Positions 38,986-48,834 of a stretch of DNA of 64,000 bases are shown piece after piece. Below the pieces are notes generated by a model. The model saw nothing but the letters and a program-made list of their open reading frames with translations, was not told the DNA's origin and ran no database searches. The position numbers were made by a program, and so were the translations under genes. Source of the DNA: Octopus sinensis (lineage: Eukaryota). Numbering within the stretch: the stretch's first letter is position 1; the number at the start of each line of letters is the position of its first letter. Location: NCBI RefSeq assembly GCF_006345805.1, contig NC_043007.1:73718001-73782000 (forward strand), written 5' to 3'.

Positions 38986-39095
38986 TTTTTATTATGAATT
39001 TATTTAATTACATTGCATCATATTATGTATTTGTCTGATAAAATTTTGTATATATAATTTATCAGAAGTGGTAGCTTTTCTTCAATATCATCTCA

Positions 39096-39459
39096 TCTCT
39101 ATGTATATAAACGGCAAAATGTCTGTGTGTGTGTCCTTTATACAAATCCACAATTTTTCAGTTCGAGGGCTCGCACTTTCTATGGTCGTTCAAAACCGTC
39201 CAAGGGTGGTCGTGCACATCTTTACATTTCCCCAGTCACAACGCAAAGCCGTTAAAAAATCAATAGAAGTGACTTTTTTGTAAATTTTCTATCCAAAACC
39301 CAATCAAAATACCCGAAACTTGATACGCCAATTGAATGCCAGCTAGCTGTATGTGATTGGTCGGAGATTTGGACAGTACTCGCGTGTATGTGTGCACGCA
39401 TGCAGCTGTATATGCATGCACTAGCACTATGACCCAGCGTTGCCGGGTCATAGTGCTAG
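39096..39459 (+). mobile_element. non-autonomous Helitron-like element
   Basis: A|TCTCTATGTATATAA...CTAG|T; terminal 16-bp-stem hairpin 39420-39460. Confidence 0.75.
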
Positions 39460-40631
39460 TGTCTGATATTTTAGTAGTTGTTTACAAGATAGATGCATTG
39501 TCTTTCTTGGAGTCTATCTTAGAATTTAAAACTTCCTCAAAAGTTTATTTTATAGTCCTGAAAATGCAAGTTCAATCACTTTGATACAATTAGCTTTTTA
39601 TGATCAATCACTAAAAATAGTTATATCTAGTAAGTATAAGATAAATTTTGGAGGTACATATGTTAATCAGAGGCTATTTAACTTGAAAATGGTTCATCAT
39701 CATCATTTTACCACTCACTTTTCCATTTTTGCATGGGTTGGACAGAGTTAGTTGAGGTAGATTTTCTATGGCCAGATGCTTTTCATGTCACTAAACCTCA
39801 CCTGTTTCCAAGTAAGGTGTCATTTCCTTATGGCCAGGCATGGAAGATTGGAAAGGACTCTGCTTGCATGACAATGATACTTGTTTGTAACTGTCACATG
39901 ATGTCAAGACAAAGGCACAGTAGCACACGCCCACACACAATCTAATACATAGATAAACACATGTACACACATACACCCATAAACTGATGCACACATACAC
40001 ATACACACATACGCCCATACACTGATGCACACATACATACACACATGCATGCATACACCTGCTTCCTCACCCACACAGATGAAATCAGTTGTCTCTCAGG
40101 GATGGGCTTGTCAACATTTCTGATGATAAGAAGCTGTGAGTCTTATGTTTCATTTACTTATTTATTATGCAAGATCCTGTTTGAGACACACAGACACCCA
40201 CACACACAGACACCCACACACACAGACACCCACACACACACCATCAGTTTCCATCTACCAAATCCACCCACAAGGTTTCGATCAGCTTGAAGCTATAGTA
40301 GAAGACACTCGCCCAAGGTGCCACATAGTGGAACTGAACTCAGAACCATGTGGTTGGGAAGTGAACTTCTTACCATGCAGCCACACCTACGCCTATAGAT
40401 ATTTTTGCACAAAATATTATACTGATGTAGCTGTGTGTCATGAAGTTTGATTTATAAACCCACGGCTTTGTGTTCCACCCCTTTATGTAGCACCTTACAC
40501 AAATGTCTCCCACTGTAGCGTTTGACTGCCCAATGCTTTGCGACACGATTATATTTAAATGTCTTAAAGTAGAATTGCAAATCATGTAACTGGTTTTCTT
40601 CTGAAAGCAGACTTGTTTCATCATCATCATC

Positions 40632-40663
<32 letters not shown>

Positions 40664-41576
40664 CACCACCACCACCACCACCACCACCACCACCATCATC
40701 ATCAGTTTGATTTCGATTTCACTTGCCTCAACAGGTCTTCACAAGCAGAATTTAGTGTTCAAAGAAGGAAAAGTTACGCATAAGTGGGCTGATTACGCCC
40801 ATGGCATAGGCCACAAAGTTATGGTCTCATATATATATATATATACGAAGAAGAAAAAAGGAATTAAAAAATCCAGGCAAATAGCAATGAAGCACTCAGA
40901 TTTAAACAAATTTGTTTAAACTATATCCAACTATCAGACATTAATAAATGCAAGTAGTATACACATCCAAGGTAATTCCTTGTATGGCATGAGCCAAATA
41001 TCATTTAGAAGAATTTTGAGAAATTCAGAGTATTAGACAATGAAAATCCGTATCAAGAAAATCACATCTTTAATTATAGCATTCACCTTACGAAACTGAC
41101 AAATGTTTCTATTGTATTAACATATTTAGATATAGGAAATATCATTTAAAATAAATATTTCCAAAAATACATGTTAACACGTTTTGAAAATGTTCTAAAA
41201 TTAGTTAGATTCATAGTATGTTTGGAAATATTATGTTATATGTATGTGTATGTTGTGTGTGTGTATTTACATATCCAGTGTTTTAAATCCGGGTTTTGTC
41301 CCCATTAATGGGGGTGGCCAGATCTACTTCAATGCCAGATCTGATTGGAGCCTGGTGCAGCCATCTGGTTCGCCAGTCCTTAGTCAAATAGTCCAACCCA
41401 TGCTAGCATGGAAAGCAGATGTTAAACGATGACGATGATGATGATGATGATCACAGCTCATACTATTACCACCCCATTACCATCTCAACTATCAATCTAC
41501 TACCGCCCTCACCATCTCTCTGCTTACTGTTATTCTCACCCCAGTAAGTGGAGTATTCGTTTTGTTTATATATATA

Positions 41577-41864
41577 CTAGCAGTATCGCCCGGCGTTGCT
41601 CAGGTTTGTAAGGGAAATAACTATATAAGCATTTTTAGAGAGTTATAGCCAAAAAATAACAAAAAATGCATTAAAATGGAAAAAAAATTATGGTAAATGT
41701 TTTTTAAAATCGTAGACTCATCGTAGATGCGTGCTAATACCCAGAAGGGCTCGATATGAATCACGACTATAAGATTTTGGTTAAACTGCACCGCAAAATA
41801 TGGGAGTAGTTAGGAATCTAAATCGTAGGAGACAGATACACAACTTGACTTTTATATATAAAGA
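41577..41864 (-). mobile_element. non-autonomous Helitron-like element (short variant)
   Basis: A|TCTTTATATATAA...hairpin...CTAG|T; same family as 58652-59044. Confidence 0.8.
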
Positions 41865-42264
41865 TATATATATATATATATTTATGATGGGCTTCTTTCA
41901 GTTTCCATCTCACAGGGCTTTAATTGGCCTGAGGCTATAGTAGAACACATTTTCCCAAGGTGCCACAGTGAGACTGAACCCAGAACTATGTGATTGGGAA
42001 GCATACTTCTTCCCACACAGTCACACCTATACTTTCTGTTTATCAGATTTCAACTTGTTATTCTATTTTAGGACTAATAAATTACTCCCCACACCCAGAG
42101 AGGAAACATGTTAGTTGATTGAGACAGTGTATTAGAATGTGACAGTTATACAGACAATGAATTTACTGCTAGTATTTAGATGTAATAGTTAAAAGATTAC
42201 TGTGATAACATCAACAAGTGCAGCTAAACTAACTATTGTGTAGTATTTCTACGTCTCAAAGAAG

Positions 42265-42740
42265 AAATCATCATCATCATCATCATCATCGTTTAGCATC
42301 CGCTTTCCATGCTAGTATGGGTTGGATGGTTCAACTGGGGTCTGGGAGGCCAGAAGGCTGCACCAGGCCCAGTCTGATTTGGTAATGTTTCTACGTCCGG
42401 ATGTCCTTCCTAACGCCAACCACTCCGTGAGTGTAGTGGGTGCTTTTTACGTGCCACCGGCACAGGTGCCAGACAAGGCTGGCAAACGGCCACGATCGGA
42501 TGGTGCTTTTTACGTGCCACCGGCACAGGGGCCAGGCGTGGCTGGCAACGGCCACGAACGGATGGTGCTTTTTACGTGCCACCGGCACGGGGTCCAGGCG
42601 AGGCTGGTAAACGGCCACGATCGGATGGTGCTTTTTACGTGCCACCGGCACGAGGCCAGTCGGGGTGGCGCTGGCAACGGCCACGTTCGGATGGTTCTCT
42701 TACGTGCCACCGGTACTGGTATCACAGCAGCAATTTCCAT
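42265..42740 (-). mobile_element. (GAT)n-tailed SINE-like repeat with 4-5 tandem ~55-60-bp internal units
   Basis: Repeated GGCAA(A)CGGCCACG...GGATGGTGCTTTTTACGTGCCACCGGCAC; (CAT)n at the left end. Confidence 0.8.
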
Positions 42741-43129
42741 TTACCTATGGTTGTTAAAAGTTTTTCAGGTTTTTGTTTTTCATTAATAATAACTATTATT
42801 GAAACAAAAACGTTAGAAGATCATTGTTTTAGGGAGCTTAACTATTCAGCATTGATCCAGATTAGGCAGACATGATATGCAGTGGAATTAAGGAAACTCT
42901 TCAAAAGTTTGATTCCAAGTCTTATGTATGGGCAAAATTGCTGATATCTTACATATCACACTGACAACAATGGATATATTTATCTTTCATCTTTTATTTG
43001 TTTCAGTCATTGGACTGTGGTCATGCTGGGGCACTGCTTCGAATGATTTAGTCAAACAAATCGACTGCAGTACTTTTTAAGGGTGGTACTTGCTGAACTG
43101 TCATTATGTATGTGTGTATGTGTGTGTGT

Positions 43130-43176
<47 letters not shown>

Positions 43177-44431
43177 TCCCTTACACTGCTCAACAACTGG
43201 TGTTGGTTTGTTAATGCCCTTGTAACTTAGCTGTTCAGCAAAACAGACTGATAGAATAAGTATTGGGCTCTATTTGTTTGACTGAACCAGTGCTTCTCAA
43301 CAAGGGCCCATATGGCTCTTGGGGGTTCAAATCAGATTTTGTTGTTAAAATTTATGTGTGATAAATTGGTTATACCTCTACAATGCAATCTTTTTTTATA
43401 CAATTGTTAATAATATACAATTATAAAAATATAATAGGATTTTTTAAATATTGCTAGGCAAAGTCGATCTTGGTGGAATTTGAACTTAGAATGTAAAGAG
43501 AGGATGAAATGTCGCTAAGCATTTTACCCGTATGCCTATAGTTCTACCAGCTCAACTCCTTAAGTTCTACATGAATTTTCAGAGATATATGTATTTAACA
43601 GAACAACTTGGCTGTTATTGAGAGGCAGGTATGGCTGTGTAGTAATAAGCTTGCTTCCTAACTACATGGTTCTGGGTTCAGTCCCACTGTGTGGACAAGT
43701 GTCTTTCTACTATGGTCTTGGGTCAACCAAAGCCTTGTGAGTGGATTTAGTAGATGGAAACTGAAAAAAACCTGTCATATATGTGTGTGTGTGTGTGTTT
43801 GTCTCCTGCTACTGCCTGACAACCAGTGTTGGTGTATTTACATCCCCGTAACTTAGCAGTTTAGTAAAAGAGACCAAGAGAATAAGTACCAGGCTTAATA
43901 AAAAGAAAAAAGAAAATAAGTATTGGGATTGATTCATTTGACAAAAAATTCTTCGAGAGAGTGCCCCAGCATGGCCGCAGTCCAATGACTAAAACAAGTA
44001 AAAGATAAAAGATAAAAGATACCTGAATTGAGCAAGATATCTTAGGGTCAAGATATATATACAAGAAGCTGATAGCTGAGAGGTCAGATTCTTGTTAGAG
44101 TCGATCAAAAAAAATGAAATGAATTGCCCGGACATGTTAGGAAGATAAATAAAACCCCACTGCAGTACAGAACAGTATTTGGCACGAGTGCCATATATCA
44201 GGTCTCCAGTATATATTCCTTAATCTTGATCCTGTGTGCTTTTATTTATTAAAGTTTAACATTCGAATATGGTCTCGTTGTTTCTCCATAATGGCGAGCT
44301 TCCCCTATCAACACGTGACCACTGCAGTAAATCTACCAAATAAGTAAACAAAACTAGACATGAATGAAGACAAAGAATTGCTCAGTTAATTCAAGAAAGC
44401 AATCTTGTTATTGTTATTTTTGTTATTGGCA

Positions 44432-45470
44432 GTAAGGTGGCGAGCTGGCAGAAACGTTAGCATGCCGGGCAAAATGTGTAGCCGTATTTTGTCTGAGTTC
44501 AAATTCCGCCGAGGTTGACTTTGCCTTTCATCCTTTCGGGGTCGATAAATTAAGTACCAGTTACGCACTGGGGTCTATGTGATCGACTTAATCACTTTGT
44601 TTGTCCCCTCTATGTTTAACCTCCTGTGGGCAATAAATAAATATTTAAGGCGATGTGCTGGCAGAATCGTTAGCATGCCGGGCCAAATGCTTAGCAGTAT
44701 TTCGTCTGCTGTTACGTTCTGAGTTCAAATTCCGCCGAGGTTGACTTTGCCTTTCATCCTTTCGGGGTCGATTAAATAAGTACCTGTTATGCACTGGGGT
44801 CTATATAAATAACTTAATCCGCTTGTCTGTCATTGTTTGTCCTCTCTGTGTTTAGTCCCTTATGAGTAGTAAAGAAATAGGTATTTCGTCTGCCGTTACA
44901 TTCTGAGTTCAAATTCCGCCGAGGTCGACTTTGCCTCTCATCCTTTCAGGGTCGATAAATTAAGTACCAGTTACGCACTGGGGTAGATGTAATCAACTTA
45001 ATCCCTTTGTCTGTCCTTGTTTGTCCTCTCTGTGTTTAGCCCCTTGTGGGCAATAAAGAAATAAGAATTGTTAGCATGCCGAGCAAAATGCTCAGCGGCA
45101 TTTTGTTCGTGTTCACATTCTGGATTCAAATGATACCAAGGTCGACTTTGCCTTTCATCCTTTCAGGGTCAATATAATAAATACCAGTTGAAGATTGGGA
45201 TCGATGTAATCAACTAAACCTCTACCTTCGAAATTTCTGGCCTGTGTCAAAATTTTAAAATCAACATTATTATATATAGTAAGGCAACGAGAAGGCAAAA
45301 TGCTTAGCAGCATTTTGTCCATCTCCACGTTCTGAGTTCAAATGATGTCAAGGTCGACTTTGTGTTTTATCCTTTCGAGGTCGATAAAATAAGCACCCGT
45401 TGAAGACTGGGTCGATGTAATCGACTTACCCTCTTCCAAAACTGCTGGCCCTTTACCAAAATTTGAATTC
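44432..45470 (+). mobile_element. head-to-tail multimer of SINE family A
   Basis: Five B-box/core units in tandem. Confidence 0.85.
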
Positions 45471-45992
45471 ACTTCTGTTATTGATAGTAGCTGTAGTGGC
45501 TAATCTAGTGAAAGTATAGTATCCAAGAAAGAGGTTATAGATTTACTCTCTTTTCTCTCGTTTACTTGTTTCAGTCATTTGACTGTGACCATGCTGGAGC
45601 ACCGCCTTTAGTCGAGCAAATCGACCCCGGGTCTTATTCTTTGTAAGCCCAGTACTTATTCTATCGGTCTCTTTTGCCGAACCACTGAGTGTCGGGGACA
45701 TAAACACACCAGCATCGGTTGTTAAGCAATGCTAGAGGGACAAACACAGACACACAAACATATACACACATACATACATATATATATATATACATATATA
45801 CGACAGGCTTCTTTCAGTTTCTGTCTACCAAATCCACTCACAAGGCTTTGGTCGGCCCGAGGCTATAGCAGAAGACACTTGCCCAAGATGCCTCGCAGTG
45901 GGACTGAACCCGGAACCATGTGGCTGGTTAGCAAGCTACTTACCACACAGCCACTCCTGCGCCTATTTGTTACTTTTTGATAACAAAATTTC

Positions 45993-47160
45993 TGGTGTCA
46001 CATAAAAAAAGCACCTTTAATGGTCCCATGTAAAAAGCACTCATCCTGGTGCCATGTATAGAGTACCCGTTTTGGTGCCACGTAAAAAGCACCGGTGCTA
46101 GTGCCACATAAAATGCACCTTTAATGGTCCCATGTAAAAAGCACTCCTCCTGGTGCCATGTATAAAGTACCTGTTTTGGTTCCATGTAAAAAGCATCGGT
46201 GCTAGTCCCACGTAAAATGCACCTTTAATGGTCCCATGTAAAAATCACTCATCTTGGTGCCATGTATAAAGTACCTGTTTTGGTGCCACGTTAAAAGCAT
46301 CAGTGCTAGTGCCACGTAAAAAGCATCGGTGCTAGTCCCACGTAAAATGCACCTTTAATGGTCCTATGCAAAAATCACTCATCCTGGTGCCATGTATAAA
46401 GTACCCGTTTTGGTGCCACGTAAAAAGCACCGGTGCTAGTGCCACGTAAAATGCACCTTTAATGGTCCCATGTAAAAAGAACTCATCCTGGTGCCATGTA
46501 TAAAGTACCCGTTTTGATGCCACGTAAAAAGCACCGGTCCTAGTGCCACGTAAAATCACCTTTAATGGTCCCATGTAAAAAGCACTCATCCTGGTGCCAT
46601 GTATACAGTACCCGTTTTGGTGCCACGTTAAAAGCACCGGTCCAGTGCCACGTAAAAAGCACCTTTAATGGTCCCATGTAAAAAGCACTCATCCTGGTGC
46701 CATGTATACAGTACCCGTTTTGGTGCCACGTTAAAAGCATCGGTGCCAGTGCCACGTAAAATGCACCTTTAATGGTCCCATGTAAAAAGCACTCATCCTG
46801 GTGCCATGTATAAAGTACCCGTTTTGGTGCCACGTAAAAAGCATCGGTGCCAGTGCCACGTAAAATGCACCTTTAATGGTCCCATGTAAAAAGCACTCCT
46901 CCTGGTGCCATGTATAAAGTACCCGTTTTGGTGCTACGTAAAATGCACCTTTAATGGTCCCATGTAAAAAGCACTCATCTTGGTGCCATGTATAAAGTAC
47001 CCGTTTTGGTGCTACGTAAAATGCACATTTAATGGTCCCATGTAAAAAGCTCTCATCCTGGTGCCATGTATAAAGTACCCGTTTTGGTCCTACGTAAAAA
47101 GCACCAGTACTAGTGCCACGTAAAATGCACCGTTACTGGTGCCTGGTATAAAGCACCTGT
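45993..47160 (+). repeat. higher-order minisatellite of 26-bp monomers (78/104/130-bp units)
   Basis: Anchor CACCTTTAATGG or a close variant at 46012, 46116, 46220, 46350, 46454, 46557, 46660, 46764, 46868, 46946, 47024, 47128. Confidence 0.93.
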
Positions 47161-47410
47161 GTTAGTTGCATGTATAAAGCGCACATACTGTTGTCATGCA
47201 TAAGGCACAGGTGTTGGTGCCATGTAAAAAGCACCTGGTACACTCTGTAAAGAGACTGGCGTTAGGAAGGGCATCCAACTGTAGAAACCATGTCAAAACA
47301 GACAATTGGAGCTTGGTGCAGCTCTCTGGCTTGCCAGCTCCTGTCGAACTGTCCAACTCATGCCAACATGGAAAACGGATGTTAAATGATGATGATGATG
47401 ATGATGATGA
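47160..47410 (+). mobile_element. 3' part of a (GAT)n-tailed SINE-like repeat, continuous with the array
   Basis: GGCGTTAGGAAGGGCATCCA...CATGGAAAACGGATGTTAAATGATGATGAT; family also at ~10770-11116(+), 13884-14185(-), 21850-22343(-), 27700-28050(-), 42265-42740(-). Confidence 0.8.
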
Positions 47411-47493
47411 TCTCAAAGATAAGGTTATGGGTATTTTTAATCTTAGGCTTCTCTCACTTCACACACACACACACATACACACGCACGCACGCG

Positions 47494-47548
<55 letters not shown>

Positions 47549-48000
47549 GGGCAGTGTATGAAGTATACATGCAAGAAGCTTAATACTGTATGACAGTGTA
47601 ACATGGTTGACTAGCGCAGAAGATCTCCAGCAGGTGAAAAATAATGCAAGAATGGTTACGTGAACTGTGGATAAAAAAAGATGTAGTGGATACAGCTCTA
47701 AGAAAACACATAATCAGGTGAAACTAGAAAGTCCTGTGACAATGCAAGACAGATTTATTGATTTACTTGCTTAATCTTACATGAGGGATTAGTCCTTAAT
47801 TATTTCAGGAGAAGTGAGGATTTAAAATTTTAATATTCTGATGGACAAAAGAATCATTATCAATGATTCAACTCGTAATTATATTTGAGCAGAAGACTAA
47901 GTTTTTTTAACAAAGAGTTTAACCCTAACTGTACAGTGCATGATATCAATGTTTGTACATTATTTACATTCGACGGATATTTGTCATCTCGTTTGTTGTT

Positions 48001-48046
48001 AACACAACATTTTGGCTGATATACCCTCCAGCCTTCTTCAGGTGTC
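48001..48046 (-). ncRNA. mutated minimal type I hammerhead ribozyme motif (PLE-type), probably inactive
   Basis: Minus strand GACAC-CTGAAGA-A-GGCTG-GAGGGTATAT-CAGCC-AAAA-TGTT-GTGTT; stems I and II pair; GAAAC core reads AAAAT. Confidence 0.65.
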
Positions 48047-48184
48047 TTGGGGAAATTTTGAACTTGGGTTCTCATTCCTAAGGTATTTTTTGATGTTATT
48101 ATTATTATTATTATTATTATTGTTAGTGTGCATATGGCATAGTGGTTAAGAGTGCGGGCTTCTAACCTCAAGATTCCATGTTCG

Positions 48185-48221
<37 letters not shown>

Positions 48222-48518
48222 CGACAACAACAACAATAATAATAATCATGTACATTTTTAAAAAAGGTAAAATCGGATAGAACTTATGGGATGACCTGAT
48301 ATATAACAATAATAATAATAATAATAAAAAGCCCTGATGCAGTACCAGGAAGTGGCTCTCGTAGCTTCTGATCTTAACTGATTGGAAGTGTTATCATGTA
48401 CATTGTTTTGTCTTAGTATAAAAGGTGGGCTACAGCAAATATTCTGCTCAATACCACAGATTTGCTTGTCAGTTGTTTGACCTTAACCAGCTGACGATGT
48501 CTCTTAGTGGCTGATGAT

Positions 48519-48756
48519 TGTTATATAATCATCACAACAAACATGAACAATCAACGTCGCCCATTGTCTCCCTTGATAAAAGGACTTTCACTTTCTTTCC
48601 CGCCAAAACAATTAACTTGTACAACAACGGCAGTCGAATAAAGTATCTCGTATCGTTAACACGTTGTTTTAGTCTCTCTCATTTTCTTAATCTTTCATAC
48701 TAAATACTCACTACTTCCTTTAATACTCAATACATTATATATATATAACAACAACA
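48519..48756 (+). repeat. 5' LTR (238 bp)
   Basis: Identical to 52814-53051 except 2 substitutions (ACTTTC/GTTTCCC; GTTGTTTT/CAGTC); contains AATAAA. Confidence 0.97.
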
Positions 48757-48767
48757 TGGTGTCAGAA
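48757..48767 (+). promoter_or_regulatory. primer binding site TGGTGTCAGAA, complementary to the 3' end of tRNA-Leu (...UUCUGACACCA)
   Basis: Immediately follows the 5' LTR CA end; tRNA assignment from recalled tRNA-Leu 3' sequence. Confidence 0.85.
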
Positions 48768-48834
48768 TACTAAAAGAACCCAAAATACAGAAACCAAAGG
48801 AAAAAAGAAGTTGAAATCATACTTCAAAGACGAA

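Noticed and set aside
45993-47160. CRISPR-like regular array
   Set aside because: Units are tandem variants of one monomer with no unique spacers, there are no cas genes, and the context is a eukaryotic retroposon.
48130-48190. tRNA-like sequence GGCATAGTGGTTAAG...GTTCGAT, and other A/B-box heads
   Set aside because: No acceptor stem or complete cloverleaf; these are SINE heads, not tRNA genes.
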